Positions 31,877 through 42,484 are shown, counted from the first letter of the whole stretch. The stretch is 63,988 nucleotides of DNA, filler included, from an uncultured Methanoregulaceae archaeon (GCA_964530035.1; 10 parts of 10 records of this genome joined end to end with filler, not necessarily neighbours in it); one strand, 5' to 3'. Program-made: numbers and translations. Notes: generated from the letters alone by a model not told the origin.

Positions 31877-32946
31877 ATGCAGGGCGGATAGCGGTCGTCA
31901 TGAAAAAGGACCTGTCAGGTCTCGCAAACGAGAAGACCATCCTGCTGGCAATCCTGCTCCAGCTGTTCATCGCCCTCTTCTCCTCGTTCCTCATGGTCGG
32001 CCTTACCTCGATGTACGACCCGGCATCGGTCGCCAGGTTCTCCGGCGTCGAGTACGGCATCGGGTACACCGGGGGAAACCCCGAGCTCTCCCGGCTCATC
32101 GACACGAGCAGGGAGTTCCGGGTCTACCCTATGGACCTGTCCCAGGCGGTCGGGGCATTGAAGGAACGAAAGCTCGCAGCCGTCCTGTACGTCCCCGACA
32201 CCGCTCCCGATGACCCGGGGCCGGTCAAGATAACCATGTACACGCTCTCGAACGACCTCTCGTCAGCCCTGGTCGAGGCGAAGCTCAAGGAGATCCTGAC
32301 GCGGTACGAGGTGAAACTCCGCCAGGTGAGGGCATACCGGCTGTCGGAGTCCCCTGTCCCGGTCGTGTTTCCCCAGGGTGTCCAGAGTGCCGCTTTCTTC
32401 GAGTTCATCTACGGGATCCTCCTCCCGCTCCTCCTCCTGATGCCGGCCATCATCTCGGCGGCCCTTGTCATCGACCTCATAACCGAGGAATACCAGCAGC
32501 AGACCCTGGAGACGCTCCTTGCAAGCCCCCTGTCATTCGGTGAGGTCATCACCGGGAAGGTGGCGTCCTGCATCCTCCTGGCCCCCCTGCAGGCCCTCGC
32601 GTGGATCGTCCTCCTCACCATAAACCGCATCCCCATAGCGAACGCCCCGCTGATCCTGCTCCATGTCATAGCCGGGACGGCCCTCCTGGTCCTCATGGGA
32701 GCCCTCGTGGCACTCCATTACCGCGAGCGGACCTCGGCCCAGTTCGTCTTTTCGACGGCCGTTGTCATCGTCATCCTCTTCGCCCTCACGCTCGGCAGCA
32801 ACCCGATGAACACCATCGTCCAGCTGTCAGTGGGCATCATCAGTCCTGGAGGTTTCTTCATCCTCGGTCTCGTCGGGCTCGTTGACGTCCTCCTTCTCGT
32901 CGGAGTCCTCTTCTTTGCCCGTATCCGCAGTGAACCATTCTCGTGA
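31873..32946 (+). CDS. ABC-2 transporter permease
   Basis: N-terminal TM, extracellular loop, ITEEYQQQTLETLLASPLS...GK motif, five C-terminal TMs; ATGA overlap with the upstream gene. Confidence 0.9.
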   Translation: MNAGRIAVVMKKDLSGLANEKTILLAILLQLFIALFSSFLMVGLTSMYDPASVARFSGVEYGIGYTGGNPELSRLIDTSREFRVYPMDLSQAVGALKERKLAAVLYVPDTAPDDPGPVKITMYTLSNDLSSALVEAKLKEILTRYEVKLRQVRAYRLSESPVPVVFPQGVQSAAFFEFIYGILLPLLLLMPAIISAALVIDLITEEYQQQTLETLLASPLSFGEVITGKVASCILLAPLQALAWIVLLTINRIPIANAPLILLHVIAGTALLVLMGALVALHYRERTSAQFVFSTAVVIVILFALTLGSNPMNTIVQLSVGIISPGGFFILGLVGLVDVLLLVGVLFFARIRSEPFS

Positions 32947-32980
32947 TCTGCCAGGTCTGCCTGTAAAGGGTATCCAGGAT

Positions 32981-33156
32981 TACAAATGAGCAAAAAATCT
33001 ATTTCAACGAATAAATCTTCCTTGACGAATACCTGCAGCATCACCTTTCCCGATATCCCATAAACATCAACCCTTCAGTGGGGGCTTTACCCCCACACCC
33101 CCCGAAAAATAAACCCCCCCCCCCCAACCGCGCCCCCCCCGCGGGGGCACCGCCCC
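32981..33156 (+). repeat. Internally deleted copy of dispersed intergenic repeat, running to contig end
   Basis: 33021-33101 matches the reverse complement of 50187-50267 at 71/81 nt (hand count); 32981-33020 matches the reverse complement of 50353-50394. Confidence 0.85.
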
Positions 33157-33256
33157 NNNNNNNNNNNNNNNNNNNNNNNNNNNNNNNNNNNNNNNNNNNN
33201 TTAATTAATTAANNNNNNNNNNNNNNNNNNNNNNNNNNNNNNNNNNNNNNNNNNNN

Positions 33257-33471
33257 GAGATCTTTTTCTCGACGGTCCCGCTGACGGTTGTGACCGGGAT
33301 GTTATACTCGCGTGCACACTCGTTTGAAACCGTCCTCTCCGCTTCGGCCGGAGGGACGCCGAACTCCTCGATGAGGCGGCGCAGTTTTGCTTCTATTCTC
33401 TGCCTGTCAGCAGTCTGGCCACTGGCAGTGATTTTCTGGGAGATTTTTTCGATGAGGGGTGTATAGTCCAT
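33257..33471 (-). CDS. Probable replication protein A N-terminal region (truncated)
   Basis: RIEAKLRRLIEEFGVPPAEAERTV resembles the N-terminus of euryarchaeal RPA; OB folds lie beyond the contig end. Confidence 0.6.
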
Positions 33472-33618
33472 GACGGTATCTCCATACACCCGTCACCGCG
33501 TATAGCAGATAAAGCCGGACACCGCGGTGTGAAAGTGTTCACCGAGGAGTCCTTGAATGAAGGTCCCCAGTGGCAATGCATGCAGGTATAAGTACCCCGG
33601 ATGTAAAAATGAAAAGGT

Positions 33619-33810
33619 ATGAGCATCACTGCAGACAGCACTATATTTGACGTTATCCAGGCCAAACCCGAGGCCGCAGACATCCTCTTCCGTTTCGGAA
33701 TGGGCTGTGTCGGCTGCGCCATCGCCCGCGGTGAGACGATCCGCCAGGCGGCGGAGGCTCACGGGGTCCCGCTTGAGGAGCTCACGAAGGCACTTGGCAT
33801 CACCGAATAA
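33619..33810 (+). CDS. DUF1858 domain protein
   Basis: ITADSTIFDVI...FGMGCVGC...ETIRQAAEAHGV. Confidence 0.9.
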   Translation: MSITADSTIFDVIQAKPEAADILFRFGMGCVGCAIARGETIRQAAEAHGVPLEELTKALGITE

Positions 33811-33834
33811 ACCCCTTTTCTTGAATACTTCAAA

Positions 33835-34740
33835 TCAGGACGGGATCTCTGCCAGGGATGGGTTTTTAATTCTCTCAAAGACCGCCATCAGCTCAGACAG
33901 CGACGCCATGGGATTCTCCCTGAGGTACCTGGCTACAACCGGGTCATGGACAAGGTGGCAACTGCTGCAGTTCCAGATTGTCGCCCCGTTCGTACTTGCT
34001 ACAACAGACCCAAGTGACAAGTTGTTGCAGGGATAAAGGGGACAGTAACAGAAATCACAGCTCTGCCCCTCGTGGTGGCAGGGGTAGTACGGGCAATGCG
34101 CTTTTTTCCACTCGGTCCAGTGTCCTCCCCCGATATGGCTGTATACAAAGAGAGACACCCGTCGGTCGAAGTTTTGGGATCCGTTTCGAGAAATGGTTAT
34201 TCCAGTGCCGTATCGCACAGCCTCCCGCATCATGCCGTGAATAGTTTCCTGCACGGCCGTCTGAGAGGGGCCCGATCCACTGTCAGATGCGATGATGACC
34301 CCGTCCTGGAAATTCCCTGGGTTTTTCACTCCTGCCTCCCGGAGGGCATCCGTCTTTGCCTCGGTGACCGTGATAATCCCGGCAGCGAGCGCTCCTGGAG
34401 AGAGCCGCTCATTGCAGGTCAGGATAATGGTGACAGGCCCCTGCTGACCGTCAGCGTCCTTCTGTGCGGCGGTTATGAAACAGGTGACACGGTCGTACCT
34501 GAACACGCAGAGACCGGTCAACGGCAGCGGGTTCACGAGAAAAAAACAGGATTCAGGGGATAGTCCCTCTCTCCGGACCATGAGTTCAGCCTCCCTCCGT
34601 GGGTCACCCTCCGGGACGCAGGAGGGTATGGAATGGCTTGAGAGACAGCTGACACGGGCAATTCCGCCGGGATCCCCCGTGCATATCGCATCGAAGGACC
34701 CCCTGATGAAAAGAGAAGACCCGGTTGTATAATACCTCAT
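33835..34740 (-). CDS. Adenosylcobinamide amidohydrolase (CbiZ)-like protein with C-terminal cysteine-rich small domain
   Basis: ITVTEAKTDAL CbiZ-like motif (otherwise diverged); CPYYPCHH..CDFCYCPLYPC...WNCSSCHLVH. Confidence 0.7.
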   Translation of the reverse strand: MRYYTTGSSLFIRGSFDAICTGDPGGIARVSCLSSHSIPSCVPEGDPRREAELMVRREGLSPESCFFLVNPLPLTGLCVFRYDRVTCFITAAQKDADGQQGPVTIILTCNERLSPGALAAGIITVTEAKTDALREAGVKNPGNFQDGVIIASDSGSGPSQTAVQETIHGMMREAVRYGTGITISRNGSQNFDRRVSLFVYSHIGGGHWTEWKKAHCPYYPCHHEGQSCDFCYCPLYPCNNLSLGSVVASTNGATIWNCSSCHLVHDPVVARYLRENPMASLSELMAVFERIKNPSLAEIPS

Positions 34741-35099
34741 GTAACCGTGTAACGGACCCTGTCTTTTAATTCCTGCTGTTTGCCTGCATTCCAGCCGGAC
34801 ACCTCCTGGAGGTATCCCGTGACACGGCTAATCTGGGCCACATCGTGGGAACCACATTCGGGACAAACGGCGTTTCCACACAACGGGCAGTATTCCACCC
34901 CTGCGGAAACGTCGTGGGAGCAGTGGCAATGGTCAAGAGGGCACATGATAACCAGCCGGGCCTCACCACAGTTCGGGCACGGGGACTGGTCGACGACGAG
35001 GTGGCAGGTGTGGCACTTGTACCTCCGCTCATCAACAGGGATATCTTCAAGGGTTGTGAATTTTTGAGCAATAGCCTTCTGTTCCTCGGTCCAGTGCAT
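34737..35099 (-). CDS. Stand-alone NrdD C-terminal-like protein (Zn ribbons plus glycyl-radical motif)
   Basis: CHTC..CPNC, CPLDHCHC, CPLC..CPEC, then SRVTGYLQ...WNAGKQQELKDR. Confidence 0.85.
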   Translation of the reverse strand: MHWTEEQKAIAQKFTTLEDIPVDERRYKCHTCHLVVDQSPCPNCGEARLVIMCPLDHCHCSHDVSAGVEYCPLCGNAVCPECGSHDVAQISRVTGYLQEVSGWNAGKQQELKDRVRYTVT

Positions 35100-35215
35100 A
35101 CAACACCATTCGCGATCCGCTTATTAAAAGGTCACGATGAAAACACGGGGAGACCGGACCACCATCAGCCTCAGTCGACTCATAGGGCTCATCACCGGTC
35201 AGATCGAGTGTCTCA

Positions 35216-35851
35216 TCACCGGCAGCTGGCGGCATAGTCCCTGGCAGCCTTGACAGGGTCTGCAGCCTCGTATATGGCTCTGCCGACGATAATACCATCG
35301 ACGAGCCCCGCGACCGCACGTGCTTCGCCGCCCTGTGTGCCCACGCCTGGAGACAGGATTCTTTTCCTCCCTACAACGGCACGCAGTGCTGCCACATGCT
35401 CCGGCCGGGTCGCCGGTGCAATAATCCCGTCAGCTCCCGAAGTGATGCACATCGCGGCAAGCCGCCCGGGTATATCCCCTGAAAAGAACTCAGCAGCACC
35501 CGGGTGGCTCATCTCCGCGACGACATACACCTCCCCGCCATACTCCCGGGCGGTCGAAACGCAGGCATCGACCGAGTCAGCCCCGACGAACCCGTGGCAG
35601 ATCACTGCATGAAACCCCGCAAGGAAGACCCTTTCGGTGATGAGCCGGGTGGTATTGGGAATATCGGCGACCTTGAAGTCCGCAATGAGAGGAAGCCCGA
35701 AACCGGCCAGGTCTTTCACGACCCCGAGGCCTTCGGCAAGGACGAGCGGGTACCCCACCTTGATCGCCTGGATGTACGGAGCGACTTTTTCAGTTATACC
35801 GCAGGCCAGGTTTCTGTCCTGGACATCGAGTGCGAGTATCAGGTCCGGCAT
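35216..35851 (-). CDS. pyrF: Orotidine-5'-phosphate decarboxylase
   Basis: LILALD, IKVG, ADFKVADIPNT, SPGVGTQGG, IVGRAIY. Confidence 0.97.
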   Translation of the reverse strand: MPDLILALDVQDRNLACGITEKVAPYIQAIKVGYPLVLAEGLGVVKDLAGFGLPLIADFKVADIPNTTRLITERVFLAGFHAVICHGFVGADSVDACVSTAREYGGEVYVVAEMSHPGAAEFFSGDIPGRLAAMCITSGADGIIAPATRPEHVAALRAVVGRKRILSPGVGTQGGEARAVAGLVDGIIVGRAIYEAADPVKAARDYAASCR

Positions 35852-36801
35852 GACAGGCGCTCCAGGACGGCCGCGGTAAGGAGCGGCAGGTTGATTGTCG
35901 CATCACCGTACACGGTCACGGTCTGTGCCTCCTCGGTGACCTTCCCCCAGGAACGCGCCTCGTCAAGGGTTGCCCCGGACAGTCCGCCAAGGTCAGGCCG
36001 GTCGCCGGTCAGCTGGACGGCATAATCGAAGCCCTTCGGTGTCATGAGCATGCTCTGGAGGATGAAGTTTTTCGGGACGCCGCCCCCGACGAGGACGGCT
36101 CCAGCCTTATCCGCGGCGTAGCAACGGTCAATGATTTCCTGCATGTCGCGGAACGCGTCGATGGTGACCCGGTTTGTCTGGGAGAACAGCCAGTACTGCA
36201 GCCCGATCATCGAGTCCTGGACCGCAGGGCAGAATACAGGGACGTCTTTCCTGGCGGCGGTGGCGAGGATTCCTGATGGAAGGTTCGTTCCGATATGGCG
36301 GAGCAGTTCTCTGATCCCATACGTCCTGGCGGGGTCCAGGGTGGCGTACGTCTCCTGGAGGACCTCCTCAAACCTCTCGAAAGCTTCGTTCGGGAGATAC
36401 ACATCATAGATACGGTTTATCTCGTCATGTCTCAGGGTGATGTCGGAGCACGAGGCGGAACCATGGTAATGGTGACAGCCGGAGGCTTCGATGATGTCAT
36501 GGGTCAGGTTCGCCCCCGTGGAGACAAGCACATCAATATAACCACGTTCTATGAGGCCGGATACGATCCTCCCCATTCCTGCAGGGACCATCGCCCCGGC
36601 CAGGCCGAAAAAACGTGTCGTATGCGTGTCGCGGATCATGGCCTCCCACAAGGTGGCGGCACGTGCGAGGGCGCCCCCGTTGTATGCCCCCGCCCCTCCC
36701 ATCGCGGCCACCAGCTCTCCGACCGTCATCCTGTCGGAAATCTCCACCTGGACCACGGGATCGCCGCATTTCATGCATACATGCTGGTCCCCTGAACCCA
36801 T
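35839..36801 (-). CDS. dys: Deoxyhypusine synthase
   Basis: STGANLTHD, GGGVPKN, GGLSGATLDEARSWGK, GDATI. Confidence 0.95.
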   Translation of the reverse strand: MGSGDQHVCMKCGDPVVQVEISDRMTVGELVAAMGGAGAYNGGALARAATLWEAMIRDTHTTRFFGLAGAMVPAGMGRIVSGLIERGYIDVLVSTGANLTHDIIEASGCHHYHGSASCSDITLRHDEINRIYDVYLPNEAFERFEEVLQETYATLDPARTYGIRELLRHIGTNLPSGILATAARKDVPVFCPAVQDSMIGLQYWLFSQTNRVTIDAFRDMQEIIDRCYAADKAGAVLVGGGVPKNFILQSMLMTPKGFDYAVQLTGDRPDLGGLSGATLDEARSWGKVTEEAQTVTVYGDATINLPLLTAAVLERLSCRT

Positions 36802-36821
36802 ATAGCCTCCGAGCCTCCCCT

Positions 36822-37682
36822 TCAGGACCACCTCTTGTCGATGTTGTCCCTGACAAGGTTCCGGCCAGAGGCGCCTGATGTGACCGACATGACCGCTTGA
36901 CCGCGGCCGAAATTGCCGAGGACCCGGTTGCCGGTCGCATTATCGAGGTACATCTGGGAGATGCTGTTGCCCGAGAGGTAGTTGCGGCCAAGGGTGTTTT
37001 TATCTGAATATTCGAGGGCGATACCGGGGTATTCGTTGTCTCCGGCGGAGTTCTCGCTGACCTTGTTCCCGGTCGAGTTGTCAAGGTAGATGCCATTGTA
37101 GCGGTTATCAGAAAGAGTATTCCAGAAAAGGCGGTTTTGATGGGAAGTCACGAGGTAGACCCCTGCATCGGAGCTCCCGGTAACCGTGTTCCACGTAAGC
37201 GTGTTGCCCGATGAGTTGTCAAGGGCTATTCCGGGAAGACCGCTGTCTGATACCGTGCACCCGTTGATTATGAAGCCACGCGAGCCCGAAAGCCATATGC
37301 CGTTCTCTGCGGGACTGCTGGACGTGACGTTTCGTATCACTCCGCCATTCACCCCTTTGACATGGATCCCGACATCCCACCCTCTGACGACAAGGTTTCG
37401 GACGGTCACGTTTTGGACCGGAGATGCCCCGGCTGCCCTGATCAGGAGAGCATCCCCCCCGGTGCCTTCCGCGGCGGAGATGGAGAACCCGTTGCCATCG
37501 ATAACGACGTTTTTGGCGCTGATGGTGATGAAAGGACTGGTGTTTGCCACGAGGTCGCCCGCAAGTTCATATGAACCGGGTGCGTCGATGACTTCCGGCC
37601 CTGTAATCGGGACCGCTGCTGCATAAGCGGCGAGGAATAGTGAGATGAGGGTCAAGAATAACCCCCTTGAGCTGGTGTTCAT
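36822..37682 (-). CDS. Secreted NosD-like beta-helix protein
   Basis: Signal peptide; IDAPGSYELAGD, VVIDGNG, repeated GIxLxxSxxN units. Confidence 0.85.
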   Translation of the reverse strand: MNTSSRGLFLTLISLFLAAYAAAVPITGPEVIDAPGSYELAGDLVANTSPFITISAKNVVIDGNGFSISAAEGTGGDALLIRAAGASPVQNVTVRNLVVRGWDVGIHVKGVNGGVIRNVTSSSPAENGIWLSGSRGFIINGCTVSDSGLPGIALDNSSGNTLTWNTVTGSSDAGVYLVTSHQNRLFWNTLSDNRYNGIYLDNSTGNKVSENSAGDNEYPGIALEYSDKNTLGRNYLSGNSISQMYLDNATGNRVLGNFGRGQAVMSVTSGASGRNLVRDNIDKRWS

Positions 37683-37889
37683 TATCGGAGGTCAGAACCG
37701 GGTGAATATCAAGTAGCGTGTTCGTGATGGAGAAGACCCTCATAGAGGGCACGTCCCGGAGGGCTCGCGGCACGACTGAACTACTGCCTGTTGCCCGGTA
37801 AACTGGCCCCAGTGCGCCTTTCAGACGAGGGATCTCTCAAATGGCCTGAAAAGGAAGCATTGCCCCTGTTTCTCCGGTAATGGTTGCCT

Positions 37890-39143
37890 TTATTCTCCGG
37901 GAGACCGTTCCATGCCCCCGGCTTCTTGCGGCAGGCCGCGCACAAGGGGCCGGGCAAGGTGCCGCCGGGCAGAAGACGGGACCTCGTACCAGCCCGGGGC
38001 GATATCCCGTGTGAATTCGCGTTCTCCTGGTAAAAAGGCCCTGGCTTTGCACTGGCGGCATTTGTATCCCTTGTCACGGCCGGCACTGGTCATGCGGGAG
38101 CCGCAGGAGGAGCAGAACGGGCTTTCCCGTACGACATTCCTCACCAGTCCGGTGACCCCTATCTTTTCCAGGTTCAGGGAGTTCTTCTTGAACGAACCTG
38201 TGACCACGATACTGTCGCCTGGGAGCAGACCCCGGATGACATGCCGGAACTGCTTCGTGGGTTCGAATGCCATGCAGGTGACCGTGCTTCCTGACCATCT
38301 CAACCCGAAGGTGACATGTCCCCCCTTCAGGGTTACCGGCCGGGTACTGACAGTCCCTGAAATCCGGTACGAGTGACCTTCTTTGAGAGGATCTTCCGGC
38401 TGGGGCTCGAGGTGGGCGTCGGTACCCTGGTTCGTCCGGTATATCATCTCCATTCCCACGGGTTCCGTTCTGATGAACCCCCTGGCCCTGGCAACGTGGA
38501 ACGGACTTTTTCCCCTGATCCCAAAAAGGACCGGGTCGGGGGTGTGGGGGACGCAGACAACGGTCCTGTTCGGGATGTCAACGGTATCCCACGTGTCCGG
38601 CCGGGTCGCCAGGTCGGCCAGGAAAAATGATGCAGGGTCGACCTGCCTCTTCGTCCCGAATGCCGCGCTGCGACGGTATACGAGGAGTTCTGAGGTCTCA
38701 TCCGGGAGTTCTGCGGAAACCGCTGCGGTGGCACCGATTAACCCCCTGCCGAGTTTGTACCCCCTGAACAGTGCCTCTTCCTCCATGAGGACGGCGGTCG
38801 CCTCATCAATTGTGCAGAACCCGTGGACCGCTTTCTGGTAAAATTCTGGGCCTGGGCGGTGCTCCATGACCACCACTCCCGGGTGTGTCCTGTCACAGCT
38901 GAGTTCTGCGTGGCTGCTGACAAGGCCACATGCAATATCAAAGGCAAGGTCAGGGTCTCCTTTCGCTTCGAGGGCAACGGCGGCATTCCCCCGTGTCTTC
39001 CACGTAACATTCGGGTTCAGGCGGATCAGGCGTGCATCGGTCACCCGCATCCCTGCATGGACGAGGGAACGTGCAAGGAGGGCCCCGATATACGTGGTGC
39101 ACATTCCCTGCGGCGAGTCCGTGTCATCAAGCCCGATGAACAT
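37890..39143 (-). CDS. tiaS: tRNA(Ile2) agmatinylcytidine synthetase
   Basis: IGLDDTDS..GMCTTY, LIRLNPNVTWKTRGN, GRGLIGA, PHTPDPVLFGIRG, TNQGTDAHL, C-terminal Zn ribbon, ARRHLARP. Confidence 0.96.
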   Translation of the reverse strand: MFIGLDDTDSPQGMCTTYIGALLARSLVHAGMRVTDARLIRLNPNVTWKTRGNAAVALEAKGDPDLAFDIACGLVSSHAELSCDRTHPGVVVMEHRPGPEFYQKAVHGFCTIDEATAVLMEEEALFRGYKLGRGLIGATAAVSAELPDETSELLVYRRSAAFGTKRQVDPASFFLADLATRPDTWDTVDIPNRTVVCVPHTPDPVLFGIRGKSPFHVARARGFIRTEPVGMEMIYRTNQGTDAHLEPQPEDPLKEGHSYRISGTVSTRPVTLKGGHVTFGLRWSGSTVTCMAFEPTKQFRHVIRGLLPGDSIVVTGSFKKNSLNLEKIGVTGLVRNVVRESPFCSSCGSRMTSAGRDKGYKCRQCKARAFLPGEREFTRDIAPGWYEVPSSARRHLARPLVRGLPQEAGGMERSPGE

Positions 39144-39262
39144 AATGGCCACCTGCTGCTTTCGCATCCCCGCGGATCCCAGGCTAAAACAGGGTCCGCG
39201 TTGGATAGCGGAGATTCCTATGATTTATAAGTCGGGGATGCTATATCCCTTCGTAACGCCGT

Positions 39263-39654
39263 ATGCCGCAGGACCGGCTTCTCAACAACGTCGTCGCGGT
39301 GATGATCATGGCAGAGTTCGAAGTCTCCGAGCCCTGCACACTCAGGCCAAGGAGCTTTGACATCATCGCACGGCTTGGCAGGACGATTGTAGTCATCAAG
39401 GTCGTTTCGCACATCGACAGCATCAGCGAGGATGTCGCCCGCGACCTGGACCTGGTAGCCGGGCATATCGGGGGCTGCCCTCTTATCCTAGGGGAAAGGG
39501 CCCGCGACTCCGAGCTCGAACGGGGTGCGGTATACCTCCGTTACGGTATTTCATCGATAAGCGTCGCCACCCTCCACGATTTCTTCGTAGAGGGGCTCCC
39601 TCCCCTGGTCTATGCGTCTCCGGGAGGGCTTTATGTCAACATCAGCGGCAAGGT
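39263..39654 (+). CDS. Conserved archaeal HTH transcriptional regulator (COG1395-like), truncated
   Basis: RPRSFDIIAR, LERGAVYLRYG, PLVYASPGGLYVNI; divergent from tiaS. Confidence 0.8.
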
Positions 39655-39754
39655 NNNNNNNNNNNNNNNNNNNNNNNNNNNNNNNNNNNNNNNNNNNNTT
39701 AATTAATTAANNNNNNNNNNNNNNNNNNNNNNNNNNNNNNNNNNNNNNNNNNNN

Positions 39755-40494
39755 GACAACCTGCAGAAGATTTCCGTTCCATCGGAACGCTTGCACCGGG
39801 CTTCAGTCCTCCCGAACCCGTCAGGGTCTTTATGCAACGTCATCTCCCTCAAAGCTCGGTCAGATATACTCTGATCCGGAAAAATTGCTGAAATGTCCCT
39901 TCCTTTGAAAGATCCAGGCGGTTCCCTGAAGAGGAGGGGCAGCTGATCACTGGCCCATTCAATGATCGTACCGGAAACACGGCATACCGCAACCGGTGAC
40001 GAAGAGACCATCTCCAGGAGGGATTCATACTGGTTCCTCATGTCCCGTTCAAGCCTCTTTCGTAGAACAGCCTGACGGAGGACAAGGGATATTTCATCCA
40101 GCTGAGGGCGGATGTCCTCTCCCCGCGGGAAGGTCAGCTCCTGGGCATATGACAGGTCCTCGACCGTTATCTTGTCGCGGGAATGATGGGAGTAAAGGAT
40201 GAAGGGGGTCGTGTTTCCGGTCTGCTTCAGGTATTTCAGGAGTTCAAGCCCGCTCATATCAGAGACGAACTCGATCCCCCCGACATCCGGCAACTGGTCA
40301 AATGCAAGGATGATATCGTAGGGTTTTGACTTGATCCGGTCAAGTGCCTGACGGATCGAAACGACAGGATCCACCCTGAAATCGCCCCTCCGTTCGAGGT
40401 ACGACCGTGCCAGGGACATGATCTCCGTGCCGTCCTCTACAAGAAGGATCGAAACCGTTTTCTGGGTTGAGGCCCGGGGTGTTTCGTGCTGCAC
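39755..40494 (-). CDS. Receiver domain plus PAS protein, truncated
   Basis: ILLVEDG, YDIIL, MSGLELLKYL, PFILYS; then a PAS-like segment. Confidence 0.8.
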
Positions 40495-40841
40495 GGTAGG
40501 GTAGTAATAATCTCATATTGCTGCCGAATTAATCTATTGCTCGCGGTCCCATCCCTCGATGAAGAAAAGAGGTTTCTGGCACCGTGCAGAGGGAAGGCGG
40601 CGGGCTGGTACCATCGGGAGCCTCCGGACGCAGTCTTTCCCTTACCAGGGACTCATGACCAGTCTGCGTCTCTTTTAGGGATTATTCCTCTTCGCGGAGT
40701 TTGTATCGCCCAAGGACCAGGAGGCGGACAGCCATCACCGTCGGGTCAGGAACACCTGTCCCCGGGAACTTTCACAAACACCTATTTAAAGATTGCCACC
40801 TTCCATACGTATTTATCCGCCCAGCGAGTAAACCAGTACCT

Positions 40842-41348
40842 ATGAAACAGATTTTCATCGCGTTAGTCCTCGTTGTGTGCGTCCTCCTCATCGCGCCTTC
40901 AGCCCTTGCAAGGACCTGCACAACTACGAAGTATGCTAGCAACGACTGGGAAACCATCTGCGATGACGGGTGGAGCCTCAGGTACAACCCCCTCGACCCA
41001 TATACCTTTATGATGCAGTGCTGCTGGTTTGACATGGAACAGAGGGCATTTAACAATATGTTCCCGAATTACTCCACGGGAAGCACGGTCATGGAAACGG
41101 CATCCAAAAAAGTTGTGAACAGTGCAGGTGGCGGAGTATGCCCGAGCTGCGCAACGATATCAAGTTTCGGAGCCCAACCGACCATTAAGCCGGTTGTAAT
41201 GCCGTCCTATACGCCCTCGGCCGCAATTACCGGCAAGATCGCGATCACGACCCAGGGGACGAAATTCGGTAAGAATACAACAGCCTTCGCCAAGATCCTC
41301 GGGCAGCCCTCAAAAGGCTCGTTTGCAGCTGCCAAGCTGTGGAAATAA
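40842..41348 (+). CDS. Hypothetical secreted protein with six Cys and a basic tail
   Basis: MKQIFIALVLVVCVLLIAPSALA signal peptide; followed by a T-run. Confidence 0.75.
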   Translation: MKQIFIALVLVVCVLLIAPSALARTCTTTKYASNDWETICDDGWSLRYNPLDPYTFMMQCCWFDMEQRAFNNMFPNYSTGSTVMETASKKVVNSAGGGVCPSCATISSFGAQPTIKPVVMPSYTPSAAITGKIAITTQGTKFGKNTTAFAKILGQPSKGSFAAAKLWK

Positions 41349-41626
41349 CCTGTCACCCTTTTTTTCCAATACCTTTTCGAAGGACTGGTCACACTTCTCA
41401 GGGAAGTCCCTGCTTTTTACCAAAGAACAATGAGGAGGATGGTGCCCGTCTGGGTGTTGATGCTGAGAGTATCACGATGCATGCCTAAACGTTCAGTGCC
41501 TGCATCTTCAGATCAGGGCACCATTACAGTAATTGGACTCATCCAATATCAACTTTCAGTATTGTTTTTCTATAAATCTCCATCGGAGGGGACGCAATAG
41601 CGAAAGGAACGCCAATTCTGATCATA

Positions 41627-42484
41627 TCAGGATCGTGTATCCGGCGGTGCGGATGAGCGGTCATTCCTCCACTCAGGCATGAGGAGGTACCAGCCTGCGG
41701 GAAACCTGACCGCATGGGTGATCGCATGGGAAACACATGCTTTTGCCCTGAAAAAAGCTGTCCTTGTATCGCTCCCCCGGGCAATCCACGCTGCCAGGGC
41801 GGCTGAAAAACAGCAGCCGGTCCCATGCAGGCGGTGGGGAGATCGCGGGGCCTCCAGGACAAGTCGTGTGTCTGCTGTGAAAAAGCGGTCCCTGACGGTT
41901 GTTCCCTCCTCATAGTGGCCACCCTTCATGACGACGGACGAAGCGCCCATATCCAGGAATGCCCGGGCAGCGTCCTCGATGTCCTGATCGTTCTGTATCG
42001 TGCAGGAAAGTATTTTTTCGGCCTCGAGCCGGTTCGGGGTGAACACCTGGGCGTGTGGGATGAGTTCCTTTTCGTATATATCAACCGCTTCTTCACATCC
42101 AGGTTCAAAGAGGCTCCCCCCTGAAGATGCCGCAAGTACCGGGTCCACGATAAGGGGGACCTGTATGGGCAGGGTCCTGCATACCGCCCTGATGGTGGAT
42201 GTATCCCAGAGCATACCTGTTTTTACCGCACCCACGGGCATCTCCTGAAGGAGGATTCTGACCTGGCTGGCGACAATTTCCGGCCCGGTACCATGGACCG
42301 ATTCCACTCCGTGACTGCCCTGGACGGTAAGTGCGGTGATGGCGCTGCACCCCCAGACACCACATGCAGAGAATGTCCTCAGGTCCATCTGGACACCAGC
42401 GCCTCCCGTCGGGTCCGAGCCGGCAATCGTAAGGGCACAGGGAAAACGGGGCGGTTCAGGTATCCGGTCCATAAGAGTACCCAT
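41627..42484 (-). CDS. thiD: Hydroxymethylpyrimidine/phosphomethylpyrimidine kinase
   Basis: [48 protein letters not shown]. Confidence 0.95.
   Translation of the reverse strand: MGTLMDRIPEPPRFPCALTIAGSDPTGGAGVQMDLRTFSACGVWGCSAITALTVQGSHGVESVHGTGPEIVASQVRILLQEMPVGAVKTGMLWDTSTIRAVCRTLPIQVPLIVDPVLAASSGGSLFEPGCEEAVDIYEKELIPHAQVFTPNRLEAEKILSCTIQNDQDIEDAARAFLDMGASSVVMKGGHYEEGTTVRDRFFTADTRLVLEAPRSPHRLHGTGCCFSAALAAWIARGSDTRTAFFRAKACVSHAITHAVRFPAGWYLLMPEWRNDRSSAPPDTRS

Noticed and set aside
33100..33156. C-rich tract as a G-quadruplex or contingency locus
   Set aside because: It is at the contig end, looks like low-quality sequence, and corresponds to the GC hairpin part of the dispersed repeat.
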